Below are positions 1-14,100 of a stretch of 64,000 bases of DNA, one piece after another; within the stretch, counting starts at the first letter, position 1; each line of letters opens with the position of its first letter. Origin of the DNA: Ylistrum balloti (lineage: Eukaryota). The notes under the pieces are model-generated. The model did not search any database and was not told the DNA's origin. It saw nothing but the letters and a program-made list of their open reading frames with translations. The translations under genes and the position numbers were made by a program. The DNA lies in contig NW_026782295.1 of assembly GCF_031769215.1 (NCBI RefSeq), positions 310,001-374,000 on the forward strand, given 5' to 3'.

Positions 1-185
1 GTTTCAATGAATTAGACAAAAAGACACAAAAGTGAATAGCACCTTTCAATACAAATTAAGAGTTAAAAGCAGAAGAACCAAGTAACGAATAAATAGATAG
101 TTCTTCCTTCTAGGACGCATGGTACAAATGGCCTAGACTAGAGAAAATCAAAACTGGTCAAATACTTATCGATATAAGTCTACTA

Positions 186-381
186 CTGTAGAATCCTATA
201 TTTGCGTTGGATTCAATTTTCGTGGTTTAACAAAATAACTATTTCGTGGACACTATTTTACGGATATGTATAGCTCAATAAAACTGATGATACCACGTTT
301 TACCAGTTCGTGAATCCTGGATTCAGAGTATCCACGAAATCTACAAAAATAAATCCCCCACGAAAATTAATGACTTTACAG
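186..381. mobile_element. Tc1/mariner-like MITE
   Basis: Element begins CTGTA and ends TACAG (short terminal inverted repeat). It is flanked by TA on both sides (184-185 and 382-383), the Tc1/mariner target-site duplication. No ORF. Confidence 0.5.
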
Positions 382-2420
382 TAGTCTACATACGCTACAA
401 AGGCTAATATGTTATAAGTGTATGCTGCTATCGTTCAATCGCTGTGTCTCAAACAGCTTCGGGTAAAAGTATTTCTGTGGAGGTGTTACGAGATCTACGC
501 TTGTCACCAATCCCAGACACATTTATCATGAAGAATCGTGTTGATGTTGTGTAGCTTATAAGTGTGATATTTCATAATAACTCTGTGACAGCATCAGAAA
601 GGTTGTCAGGTTATCGCACATGTGCCGTTTCGAAGGGAGGAGAAGGATGAACAAGAAGTATATTTATATAATGGAAGTATGGGTAGAGATGAGAGGATTG
701 TTAAAATGGGGAGGTGAGACCCGATATCAAAAGACAATATTTAAGCTCTAAGTATATGACTTGACATCAATATTTTTCTCAGAACATCCTGAAACTGATT
801 CCTTTATTGCAAGCTCAATAAACAGGTACTTCTATGTTAGGCATAAAATTCGACAAATGATTGGTTATTAAACATACATATGTAATGATAAATTCATAAT
901 AAATTGAGTTTACTCACGATTAGCATTCACTCCGCATAAATCTGGAACAAAAAAATTACTTTAATGAAATTCTACAAATCCATCTGGAAGCAATATTAAC
1001 ATCACATATCAATCTTATTGCAATTCTAATTGTATCATTAAGTTACTTTGATTGGCAGATTTGTCAAAGTAATTACAGGTTAATAGATACATATAGATAT
1101 ATGTCTACATCTCATGAAAGCGGTATTGAACGGTACGCCTCGGCAGTTTCATTGCCTTCTGCCGAGGCACGACAACCAGTACTTGATCCTCCCATCAGCT
1201 CCTGGGACGATACAGTACTGTCGCACGAAGGAAGACAAAACTTATACAGTGCAGTACATCTCGTGCAAGTTGATACGGATTTTAATTCACAAGCTTGGTG
1301 TCTTTGTAACAATCAGAGTGCGCCTAACCTATGCACAGTAATTTGTGTTGAACATAGCCCCTGTAAAGCCAACAACAGGTGGAGCTCTGAATAATTAGAG
1401 ATTAGATGTATTATAATATGTCTGATGTTTTATTAAAAATGCTTCATAAATATGCATGTAAAACAATACTTCTTCTGAGCGAATAAATAGTCTCTATGAA
1501 CCTTATAAGGGGTTGCTGTGTCCACTATAGGCTGGTACATGTACGTATGAAACTGTTTCCGCCTCCATCAGGTATTGCAAACATCGCTCAGTGGCATTTT
1601 CGGATGAAGTATGGTAATTTCATATAGCATACATGCCACAGATAAGCGACTTTTATATGATATGAAAGAGTAAACTTGATAATGTAAGAGGAAAGCCGTC
1701 AAGATATACCAGCTAATTCGTCAACTCACAATAATTAAAGCACCAACAAACACGAGCAGATTTGTCAACATAATCGCAAACGTTTGTTTCACACCCCGTA
1801 CATCAAGAGTAACAAGTAAAAACAGAGAGCATGACGGCAGATTTTTTTTAATGTTTCCAACCAAACAAACAATGGAGACACGTTTGCTGGATACAGCAGA
1901 AAGTTTGTTTGAACAATGCACAGAATCTTTCACTTTCTTTTCTAATTCAATCGGTACTCAGATGGGTTGTGACTGTTGGGTTTATTCATTGTAAAGCCTA
2001 GATGTCCGCGTAAAATGTTTGGGCGACACGACACAACTATCTGGATAATAATGACACTAAATGTGCTTGTAGTTTGACATATACTCAACAAATCTGACTT
2101 AAGATATTAGTTATATTCTATATAAATTTCAAGTAGCGGCTACAAATGCCAAAAACAACAATGAAAATAACGACATGTCAAGAGATTCCTAATTCAAACT
2201 CAAATTCGATGAAACCAGCGCAAGAACAAAAAAAGAGTTGAGATTCCAGCAAAAAAAGAAGAAGCGTGAGTCCAGATTTTCCGAAAGGATAAGCGTCTTC
2301 TGCTTTATCCAAATGTGTATTGTATTTGGTTTTCGGTCACATAGAAACAACTTAGATATGCTGTACTAAAGTTTTTTAATCGATCTTACGATTTTGCCAG
2401 GTGCTGACCAAAGATCGGTG

Positions 2421-2495
2421 CTTTTCCTCCTCCACCAACCAAACCTGACATGGCCTTAAATGGCCCTGGCTGTTAACAGGACGTAAAACAACTAC
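2421..2495 (+). mobile_element. Probable SINE 3' end fragment
   Basis: CTTTTCCTCCTCCACCAACCAAACCTGACATGGCCTTAAATGGCCCTGGCTGTTAACAGGACGTAAAACAAC resembles the 3' portion of mollusc tRNA-derived SINEs. Recognised from memory, not searched. Confidence 0.35.
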
Positions 2496-5297
2496 AACAT
2501 TTAACATATTAAACGGCTGACCACTTTGAGTGAATATCCAGTGCCTGTAAATGTTGAAAATTAATGAGTAGCTAATTATGTTGAAAATTGTGCAAAAATA
2601 CACGAGTGAATGCAAACTTTTATTACAAATTTAGAGGTAGATAAAGTAGAATCAAACAATGAGTAAAACTGCATCATATAGATCTCTCGTCCTTTTAGGA
2701 ATCGTCAGTGACGCTAGGGGCATAAAATTAGACAAATGTTGCTTATGATTAAGGGAAAATGATCTGGAGAGAAAGATATCAAAAATCATTCGCATGCCTG
2801 CATTAGTCGTCCAAGACAGACGCCGGAGCACATCAAAGGATTCCACGATAAGAGAATCACTGGGATTAATGGGGATGTTAAGGGGATGGGGGTTTGTTCG
2901 GGTACAGACTTAGTATGGATCTATAATGAGGAATAAAATATTATAACGTACAATCAACGTCCCGGATGAAAACAGGAAAATCATCCTTTTCATATGCAAG
3001 TGTTGAATTAACTGGTGATAGTGAAAAAAATGTCGGATTAATATAACTGTATCTAACTCAGATATACATTATACAGGCTGGACTAGAACAACCACGAACT
3101 TCAATGTCCATAACATAAAAAGCAATGGGTAGAAAATAAGACAGATCAAGAGTGCCTAATATGTAATCAATGTGTTCCAGAACTGCATCTTAAAGAGCCA
3201 ATATCCGCAAACAGAAAGGAACTTTGTTCTACATAATCACAAAAGACAACAGTCATATCTGCAAGACATGCAATAGTATACAATAAGAAACTATTTTTTA
3301 TAAAGTCAGATAGATGAACTATGGACACGGGACAGTTCAAGACGCAGAAAGTGAAAAGGCAGACCGAAAAAGAGTTGATATTGACGACATCTGAAAGAAA
3401 AATCACTATCATGTCCGGGTTTAGAAACGTTAAAGAGGTCAGTTTTGACCATTATTTGATGTTAATTTGGGATAAAACATTTTCGCAAAACAGCTTTATA
3501 TTGCTTCACAAGACCGCAAAATATTACTGCCCACAAATCAGCGTACATGTCTTGGATTCTTACAATGCATCCGTGATGATATAAGATTAACGTCACTAAA
3601 ACATGGAGAGCATCTGTAGTTAGCATTACCAACACCAGTAAACAATAGCATTGCGTTCCGTTTATAAAATAAAATTACTTATACTCGTGTATATACTTAC
3701 ATTTGCATATGCAGGTTAATGCAATTATGTAAATTATGACAGCTATCTATATTTTTTATAAACATGAGGTATTATTCAAAATTACAGAATGTAATAAAAC
3801 AATTCTTACCTTCATACGTTAAAAATATCATTAAAAATCCAAGAAAAAGGTTGTAAAGGTTCATAGTGACAAAGAGGATTTCAAATTACGAAACGAAAAT
3901 TTTCACCACAATTAAAACTCCATCAAGGTAAATGGTCCAGATGACATGCAGTCCTACTCGGAGAGACGTTACAAATATTCCAAATGATGCTAAACATAGA
4001 ATCACACCTAAGCGATGTCCAGGATAGGTATTCTGTCTTGTGACGTCAGCTTTGACAGACAGACCGGTGCCCGTAGCTATACAAGACAAGCTACACGTGT
4101 TTGGTCATGTATTATCCTGGCGGAGAATAGCATTTTATCGACACACGGCGAAGTTTAGTCCCCTGGGCTGACAGCCTCTGACAGCCTTCATAACATATAC
4201 CTTTCTCTTCACCTGGAAGATTATTCATAAATATGGACATTTATTCGAGGAGTGATTTACATAATTTACCAGAATAATCTCTTCATTGTGTTCGATATAA
4301 TGAAACCATAAAATAGATTAATTTATCCAGAAAAAGTAATTTCAACAATCATGTGATCAAATGATGAAGCAATATTTTACCTTACTTGATGTATTGTTTT
4401 CTTGATTTCTTAAAGCAAGTTCTATCAGGTAAGTAAAGACATTAAGAAAAAAGGGGATATCATAGAATTGAAAGCGATAAAAGAGCTGTAAACACATGGT
4501 GATTGAAGACAGTAAAACGAGATGTGATTATAAGGATGAGGAAGCAGAAAATATAACATGATCACCACAGAAAATTGCAGCATGTATTGGAATGTGCATG
4601 GTAACGATTAATGGCTTCTGACCAAATCTTGACCTAGTTTTATGACTGTTTTGGAGATAAACCATCTATATGACAGGAAGCTTTCATTTTGGGTTCAGCT
4701 AACCGATGTTTAGCCTCGTATACACAAGTAGCTGGCATTAGGGAACCGCTTTACTGCACTATGGTGTTCCGAACATAACTCTGATAATGATTGAGTGGTC
4801 AGATACTGACAGGATTCGAAACACCAATCAATAAGTCTTAGTTGTTATTTCTTCAAAAAAATTATACACAAGGGGTTTAAATAGAAATAAACAGACATAC
4901 ATGATAACTGACAAGTACAGGAATAATTGTCAAACTCACCAGCATCAGACATTACAAACTGTTTAGTCATTGCACCAAATAGGAGGGCTTTGGGATATGT
5001 ACAAATGGATTAAGAAGACTTTATATAGAACTTACCATAAAAACCTTTATGGGTGCAGTTTTTAGCAGGAAGATACTTATAGGTCAGCTACATATAGTAT
5101 ACTCGTAGGACATATGTATTTCAAATTAGGGAGGTGGGAAAATGGCTATTGACTCATTTAACGGTAGTTTGACTATTAAGATTAAAGAAACTGTGAAAAA
5201 TACACCAAAGAAAAAACCTTACCTAACCATTTAAGGACTTCTGCATCATTCATACAACGAGGCAGGCAACGTATGGAATATTGATTTTATTCTCGCC

Positions 5298-5319
5298 TGT
5301 ATGTATGTATGTATGTATG

Positions 5320-5349
<30 letters not shown>
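5298..5349. repeat. (TGTA)13 microsatellite
   Basis: Perfect tetranucleotide repeat read directly. Confidence 0.95.
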
Positions 5350-5350
<1 letters not shown>

Positions 5351-5593
5351 TATATATGTACATAATTCCCGTTTACCATTCATCCGTTTCATCCTTTAAA
5401 TCGAAAGGGTGTGTAAAAGTTTGAAGTTGAAACTGAAAAAAATTATGCGAGAGTGAATTCAAGATTTCAATATCTTAAGTTACACTTACGCCACATCGTG
5501 TCTGTAACAAACTGTGAATTGACAGTGTAACCAAAACGTAATACAGCATATATTTGTATAGTACAACACATTTCAATAGTTCTGATGGTTACC

Positions 5594-5660
5594 GGTTGAT
5601 GGCCCTAATGACCTTTTGAGTGTTTGCGGGCCGTTAAGAATGTCATAATAATAATAATAA
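5594..5660 (+). mobile_element. Isolated LINE 3' tail (same family as 34104-34863)
   Basis: GGTTGATGGCCCTAATGACCTTTTGAGTGTTTGCGGGCCGTTAAGAATGTCATAATAATAAT aligns with 34802-34863, the 3' end of the RNase H-containing LINE fragment, and ends in (TAA)n. Confidence 0.6.
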
Positions 5661-6505
5661 TCTTCAATACTGGATAGCTCTATCTATGTATCAGTCGATC
5701 AAATTTACGTAACAAGACAGCATTATTTATGGTGAATAATCCTTTCATTTTTATATAACTTAGATTAACAGGATAATCATTTGGTAAGTAGAATTTTCAC
5801 AAAGTTAACACGTTATAATACACAGAATATATAATATTTCCTCGCATGGGAATTTATTCCTGAAAAAATAGGCTTACCACTGAGTGCTCACAGAATCAAC
5901 ACACAGAATGGCCCAAATTGATACGTTATATGATACCATGTGTCGAAATTCAAAGTGGTTCAAACATAACACAATAAATTGTATACATGTATGTGATCAG
6001 CCTTAGACAGCAGGGTAGGGTTGAAAAATAACATCACCTACAAAACACACTTTTCAAATAATGACGTGGAAAAAAAATTAACACATAACAAGTAAATATG
6101 ATTTGAAATGTATGCAATACAGTTCCCAAAAAAAAAAAAATATTACTGTGATCAAAATTCTAGCCAATCTTATTGGCCTATGAATATACCTCGTGATAAC
6201 AAGGAGACTTGCTTAGAATTAACACATCGTCTCTTAATGATATTTCTGTTACATATTGTTACATCGACGTATGTAACCTTAGGTGCTGCACGGATAGGAC
6301 GAAGAAAGTCAGCTCAGTATACTGTACACCACCTGTTGCTTTTAACAACAACTTATATATTGGATAATCACATGTATTAAGTTGTACATCTACAAAGGTG
6401 TATTGCCCTTCGTTGCTATGATTGATAAAACAGCAAATTCTGAATCATTTCTCAAGAAGTGCACGTACAAATATAGCTTCTCTAGTAAGTCATTTCTGTC
6501 GGGAC

Positions 6506-6779
6506 NNNNNNNNNNNNNNNNNNNNNNNNNNNNNNNNNNNNNNNNNNNNNNNNNNNNNNNNNNNNNNNNNNNNNNNNNNNNNNNNNNNNNNNNNNNNNNN
6601 NNNNNNNNNNNNNNNNNNNNNNNNNNNNNNNNNNNNNNNNNNNNNNNNNNNNNNNNNNNNNNNNNNNNNNNNNNNNNNNNNNNNNNNNNNNNNNNNNNNN
6701 NNNNNNNNNNNNNNNNNNNNNNNNNNNNNNNNNNNNNNNNNNNNNNNNNNNNNNNNNNNNNNNNNNNNNNNNNNNNNNN
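6506..6779. other. Assembly gap (274 N)
   Basis: Run of N, close to a 37-bp minisatellite and an (AT)n tract. Confidence 0.99.
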
Positions 6780-6865
6780 ATACACGTATACATAGATATG
6801 GGGAGAGGCTATTATATATGTCATCAACACATCAGTTAATTAGGATTTATTAGAATATATTAGGA

Positions 6866-7161
6866 AGATTACTGGACACAGACTGAAAGCCTCTATCTCC
6901 ATAGATTACTGGACACAGACTGAAAGCCTCTATCTCCATAGATTACTGGACACAGACTGAAAGCCTCTATCTCCATAGATTACTGGACACAGACTGAAAG
7001 CCTCTATCTCCATAGATTACTGGACACAGACTGAAAGCCTCTATCTCCATAGATTACTGGACACAGACAGAAAGCCTCTATCTCCATAGATTACTGGACA
7101 CAGACTGAAAGCCTCTATCTCCATAGATTATTGGACACAGACTGAAAGCCTCTATATCCAT
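6866..7161. repeat. 37-bp minisatellite, 8 copies
   Basis: Unit AGATTACTGGACACAGACTGAAAGCCTCTATCTCCAT at 6866, 6903, 6940 ... 7125; nearly identical copies. Confidence 0.95.
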
Positions 7162-7163
7162 AT

Positions 7164-7165
<2 letters not shown>

Positions 7166-7216
<51 letters not shown>
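7166..7216. repeat. (AT)n microsatellite
   Basis: About 25 AT units. Confidence 0.95.
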
Positions 7217-7221
<5 letters not shown>

Positions 7222-7540
7222 AGTAAATTTACATCCTCAGGTACAATAGCTATATAGAGTCCAAAAATAAGAATCGTGCAAACATTGAAATTAAATATTT
7301 AAAAAAAATTACAGTGTTCATCAAGCAATATTTCGAAGTGGTAAACATTATCTGCATCGATGATATGTTGCGGTAAATGATTCCATGTATCTTCTATTCT
7401 ATGACCAGGGACATATTATACGTCCCTGCTATGACTAACGAAATTCTTTTTATATATCCTTGTTACAGCGGGTTTTTTAAAAATATTTTCTGAATGACCC
7501 CTTGATTTGACGTGTCCATCTCAAAAAAAAAAAGTTTTCT

Positions 7541-7673
7541 GTCACTTTATAATCATAAACATGTTTAACTATTTTAAAAACATTTATGGTATCTCCTCTG
7601 ATTCTGCGATGTTGAAGTGTTTGGAGCTTTAATCCTCAAGCGTTCTTCGTATGATAAGTTCTTTAAATGAGAG
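7541..7673 (-). mobile_element. CR1-type LINE ORF2 C-terminal fragment (degenerate)
   Basis: Minus strand reads SHLKNLSYEERLR, then after a frameshift KLQTLQHRRIRGDTINVFKIVKHVYD. This is the conserved CR1/L2 ORF2 C-terminal motif (LSYEERL...L..RR.RGD.I..FKI). Confidence 0.7.
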
Positions 7674-8089
7674 TCTAACTCTATATTGTAATCTTCCGAG
7701 TTAAGTATCAGTTGAAACTGTAAGCCTATAGCTTCAGTGGACGTAAAACCCGTTAAATAAAATAAATATACATGTAGCTATTGTACATTGTTGTATAGAA
7801 TTTGATCGAACTTTCTGAACACTTGCATCGCTTCATCCTGTTTCTGTGCATTCTTATGAGTCCTGTCAAATCTAAATACCACTTGACTTAGATGTAGATG
7901 ATTTATGTTCATTTAAATAGGAGACCTGCAAATAATCGATTTTATTTTCCAGCGTACCGTATCAATGTACATGCATCTTTAAGAGATTTTTATTCATTTC
8001 GGAGCATTTTGACTTTTATATAACATTCCATATCAACCGCTCTCCTGCTATTTCTTACCTATGCATCCGAGAACCTCGAAGGCAAAAGG

Positions 8090-8100
8090 AAAATGGCGGC
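8090..8100 (+). promoter_or_regulatory. YY1-type motif overlapping the HSDL1 start codon
   Basis: AAAATGGCGGC matches the YY1 consensus, which commonly overlaps ATG/TSS regions of housekeeping genes. Confidence 0.35.
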
Positions 8101-11100
8101 AGTTGACAGTTTCGAATATCTCTTTCGAGAAATATCCTCGGTTTGTCGGTCAACTAGGGATGCTCTTGCTTTAATCGGTGCCTTGTACGCCTCACGGAAA
8201 ACATTACAGTTAATGTCATGTGTATTAAAGGCGGGACACGACCACTTCCTTAGTAAATTGTCGAGATGGAGTGATCTGAAGAAGCGTTTTGGTCAATGGG
8301 CAGGTATGGTGTGTTTAACGGTACGATATTACGTTAGCATCGATTTTATGTTGAATACGAAACATAAAGTGCTGTTCGCTGCATAAATACTTTTCAGTCA
8401 TGTAATTGATCAAACAATTCAACCGATACTCTGATAGGTCATGCTCAGGATTGGGCTCTGGTGTAGGACATGAAACTGCCTAACAAGAAAGACGGAAGAA
8501 AATGCTTGCATTGAATGTTCAATGTAAAATATTTGAGGAAGAATTGACATTTCTCGTCACACTATTGCCAGAGAAGACTTTAAGGGTATATTTAAGGTGT
8601 TTTCCTCTCAGTAATCCCTCACTTGTTCATTGGCAGTGTTCAGCACCAAGAAGAGATGAAGGACCTACAATGTACAATATATGTATGTTCTGAGCACCAT
8701 CATATTGGGAGATCGATCCTAATGATTGTTGCAACAGGAGTTCATATAGTTTCGACATCACTCACTGTTTATCTTGTAACAGTTTTTATTTCTTGGCAAA
8801 GTCTAAAGAAGGGATAAGAATTTTTGTTGCAGTGTTCAGTGTCATGCCAAAGGTATGATTGCTTGTTTGGATTTGTTCGAGATATTTTGCATCGTATGAA
8901 GGTATATAGTTGAAGCGACTGATCATGAGGGTTGTACCTGTAGGCCTTTCAAATAGATGACATGGCCAGCATAGAACTGCCTTCATTGTAAGAAAAAAGA
9001 AGGCATTCTACTAGTGCTAATTGCATTCTTAGTAAAATGGTATGTGTCAAGTTGGTAAGTCATTGTGCAACAGGGCATAACACAACTATACATTATATAG
9101 TAGTAGACTATACTTGATCCAACTCATATCCAGATGTGTTTGACACTATCATAGTTATATTGTAGATTACACTTGCTATTGATGGCAAACAAATGTGTGT
9201 TATCCTGGCAGTAAGGCCATGACTTGTTTTAGTTATACATTTACATACCATTCCAGTATATAATGATAACTTGGATTTCTTCAATACAACTTGATCAAAG
9301 CAACATCACTGTCTTAATCCAGCTCATATGTTGTTATCTATGGTTATCGCTACAGGCCATTTGGATATTTCTGAACTCCCAGGGGAGCATATAAGGCCTA
9401 GTACACAACATGTCCAGCCTTAAAGTTTATTCATCTTGAATGAAACAGACTAAAGTAACTTGTTCAAGGATACAACATGGCTCTCATGCTTTAAGTCAAA
9501 CTAAAGTGTCTTTCCATTCATCAACTCAGCATCTTACTACTGGACCTCTTATACCATCATGAGTAATCTCCCTTTCTGTTGTGGTAGTGGTGACAGGAAG
9601 CAGTGAGGGAATAGGACGAGCATATGCAAGAGAATTAGCCAGCCGTGGCCTTAACATTGTCCTGATCAGCAAAAAAGAAAATCGTCTTTACAGGACAGCC
9701 AAGGATATAGGTATTGTCAAGATTGTAACATATATATATACCTGTGGATGTAATAGATGTATGTTGCTGATTTGTTTTGGCAGTAAAGTGAAGTTCTATA
9801 AATTTCTATTGATGTCACTATTGACCATTTAATGCAAAATGTAGTAATAAAAAACATATGTACATCAGGGAGACAATTCAGTATAATTTTAATTGTGTTG
9901 TCCCTTTCAACTTACTTGTATAGTTGTGTGTTGTACTTTTACAAATTCCTGTATCAGACAGATTCGACCAGACAGTACTGTTCATGTTGCATTCTACTTT
10001 TCTTTTTTACAGAGGAAAAATATGGTGTAAAAACCTGTAGTATAGGCATCAACTTTAATGAAGGACGAGAAATTTACCACGAAATCTGGGAAGAAATCAA
10101 AGATAAAGAAATAGGAATTCTAGGTTTGTTACACTTGTACAGCTTGTTGTTGTCATTTATCATGTGATGTTGAATTAACATCATGTATATCTGAAATATT
10201 CAAATGAACTTCATTTCAAGTTAATATGAAAATAAATCTCCCAAGATAACTTCTTCTCATTAACATATAACCAATACGTTGAATGTTCATGATGTAAATT
10301 GTTACATGTATAAGTGAAAAGCATTGAACACCAGGTAAGCAATGTAGGCCCATGGGGCCTCTTGTAGTTATTACTAAGTTTTGATTAGCCAATGGTTCCC
10401 ATTGTTTCATTGTGAGATAGTAATCTCAGGTCTTCACAATGAAAAAATATGTCATCACCAAAGAAAGAGATATAGAATGAAAATATCACCAAATAAAATT
10501 TAAATACGCTATCTTGTAATCAGATAAAATCAGAGTTTGTATCAGTCTTAAACAATGCTATTTCTCAAGAATATTTGCAAAAGTTTCTATGTGACATGAT
10601 AAACAGAATTTCACATTCATTTCCATTTTATGTGAAATCTATAAAGCTCCTCATGAATTCTTCACTTTACCTTGCCAAAACCTTAGTAATCTCGTACGAA
10701 TGGAAACTAAAGAAACCTTGTTTATCACATGGTTAAGGTTTCTGGTTTTTTCCCCAATCTCTCTTACACCAGTCCATTACTTTATTTTCAGTAAATATGT
10801 TAGATTTCAGATACATGTAATGAATCCTTGATACAGGTAAAAAAAATGTTAGATATCATAAACATAGTTATGTAATTATGAGAATAACAAATTGATATGA
10901 TTATTCTGTGACAGTCCACACATGGAATTTATCATACTGCTAAACAACATGTCTTTGATCATTGTTACTTATATACGAGAACAACTTCCAATAAGTATTT
11001 CATTTGTTATTTTATTCTCAACATAACATAAATCCGCAACATGAAAATATCAATATTCCCTAAGAACAAAAGTGTCCATGCAATCCAATTGAGGGACACT

Positions 11101-14100
11101 TTAAAGTTTCATTTTATATAAACAATATCACATAAATTTGTGATCAATCATTTCATAAGATTTTTCTTCATAATGAAACAAGGAATTACTGATATAACTC
11201 TATATATTTCAATTACTACTAAAGTTGGACTTAATGAAACTTCCAAGTTTAGCCTGTTTTATTTGTCCATATATTTGACCAGATTGACATTGATCTGGAT
11301 GTATGAATACATCCTTTACAGTTTCTGTTAGGGGAGAGAACCCTTACAAATATTTGATACTAAACTTTAAATCAAAGTATTAAAATCTGCTCCAGATTTG
11401 CAGAATATAACAAAAAGAAATGATATATATAATTATTAAAAATGTAAAAATTCAAGATGAATTGCAAAGAATTTGTCTCAAGGGCAAGTCAAATCATCAC
11501 CCCATGAAGTCGATAAAAGCAAGATACAATGCTTAAATGTACTTAATTTGGTGCAAACATTATTAGTTTTGTCAAAAAGACACGATGATAGCTTAGTACA
11601 TCTATGATGATTGATACAGAAACAGCATGCAGGAACTTTGATTTAGTGCAATAAGTTTATCGCTAAAATGTTTACCTTTTCAGTACATTATTCTGGCTTT
11701 CCTGAGATTTAAAAATTTGTTGACCTCAATATTTGGTTAATTTATATATAAAATGTAAATATAAGCATTGGATTGTGAGAGGGATATGATTATATATCTG
11801 TCTACCAAATTGTAATCTTATTGTCTGTATGGTACCATTTTGAAACAGTATTTTGCTCAAATATCTTCTTATGTATGTTAACATATTGACAGTTATATAT
11901 AGATAATTGCACCTCATGCTGTACTTAAATGAAAATGTGATTTTACTTTTGTTTACAGTCAATAATGTTGGAGTGACGTATGATTACCCACAGCCATTTC
12001 TGGAGGTTCCAACAGAGGTATTGAAAAACTTTATTATTACATCAACATTCAAATACGGCATAAAAATTAATATGATATAATACTTAGTGTAATAGAATGA
12101 TAAGAATAATTATGATATTATTAGTTTCAAAATGGCTGATTTTCTGTAGATAGTACAGTACAAAGGTGTAAATCCTGGTCAGTTCATGGCATATGATAAC
12201 ATACTGGTCAAGTCTGAGAATTCCCAAACTCTGTCAACAGTGAAAACAGCTGCTGAAACCAAATCCAATGTTGTGAAGTTAGACACAAAACCAGATTTGA
12301 TTGACAAATTCTCATATTTTAAAATGACATTTTTGATATTTTAGATGTTGTGGCAGTTAATCAATGTGAATGTAGCAACAGCAACTATGGTAAGTATTGT
12401 ATTAGTTTTTGGCCCACTTTAATTTATAAATCTATATATTTGATAACTTTTATTGGTGCATTCATTACTGTGTTTAAACACTGAAAGTTAAAAAGACACA
12501 TGGTAGTTTGTTAGATTGGAAAAATCCTGAGGTACTGAATGTCAAGCAGCCACTTAGTAGAGAATGGTAAATAGTGGGTGTACTGGGGCAGTGAAGGTCA
12601 CACAAAATCACTCATTAGAGAAGGGGTAGACAAAAGGTGTACTTGGCACTGAAGATCACAAAAGGTCATTCAATATAGAATGGGTAGGTGGAGGGTGTGC
12701 TGAGGTATAAGAAATACATTTGTAGGAATTTAGCTAAGGTAGAGACTACATATAACTGTGACCTTGCAATGTGTAAGTAAACATTTGTAGATAAAATGTA
12801 CAAAACAAAGTTAGAATCTGAGCATTACATGTAGATAATTTTGTTTCTGATTCAAAATTTATGTCCTCTTTTAATGCTGGTGCTACCAAAACTGTATCCT
12901 CAGTCATAAAACATGCAAGTCTACTTGAAAGCATAATATGATTGAGAATTAATTCTCAGACAGATTTAATAGTCCGTTGTTTCCAGCTGGTATACAAGGA
13001 TCATAAAGCTTTTTTACTTCTGACAGTTATCTTTGTATTTTATTACAGATGACCCATATGATTTTGCCACAGATGGTTCAAAGGTAAATTTCTAAAGTGG
13101 AATTAAAAAACGCAGTCAAAAGGATTAAGAGAGCTACATCCTGCTATATGCAGTATGAATACATACACCAATGACCGATGTTCAGTAGAAGTGACAATGT
13201 AGCTAGTATATGTTTTATTTTTAACTGTTTCTGTGGTTAAAATTAAACCACAAAAAACAAGATACACTATTTCTTGAAAGTAAGATTAATGAATGAAATG
13301 AATGAATGAAAGTCAATTTCATAACTGATTTTGTAATATTTTCTTCAGGTTGGTAACGTAAACAGAATAGAAATTCTTATAACAGAACCAGTAGAAGATT
13401 GGTCATTTGTCTGATGTTAAGGTGACTGTTTAGTCACGGAAACATCACACTCTAATATTCTGCTGGTTGTGTTAAAAGAACTTCTGTTCTGTTCATGACT
13501 TATGTGAAATAGAAATTCTCCTTACTTCAAGTTTTTTTTATAAAACCTCAAAAATTTAAATAGTTACTTAATTATTATAAAAACACAGCTTTTTAACCAA
13601 CAAACCATAGTTACATAATGATAAATGTAGCAATTTTTTCTGGTGATTTTTTCTGTGAGTAGGACTTTGTCTGTTGAAAAGACCTGGTGATTTTGTCTGT
13701 CAGCGGAACCTGGTGATATTGTCTAATTGTAGGTAGAACCTTTGTTCAAATGTTACTTTTGTATACCTGTAAGACCTTGGGATTTTGTCTTACTGTCAGT
13801 AAGACCTTAGGATTTTGTCTTACTCTCAGTAAGACCTTCGGATTTTGTCTAACTGTCAGTAAGACCTTGTAATTTTGTCTTACTCTCAGTAAGACCTTGG
13901 GATTTTGTTTTAATGTCAGTAAGACCTTGGGTTTATGTCATACTCTCAGTAAGACCTTTGGATTTTGTCTTACTGTCAGTAAGACCTTGTGATTTTGTCT
14001 TACTCTCAGTAAGACCTTGGGATTTTGTTTTACTGTCAGTAAGACCTTGGGATTATGTCGTACTCTCAGTAAGACCTTGGAATTCCGTCTTACTCTCAGT

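Noticed and set aside
1700-4100. Scattered short, partly protein-like frames (e.g. 2200-2370, 3150-3580, 3840-4100)
   Set aside because: They are interrupted by stops and have no recognisable motif; probably decayed transposon sequence, but I could not assign a family.
6382-6853. Four long ORFs in the ORF track
   Set aside because: They are artefacts of translating through the 274-N gap.
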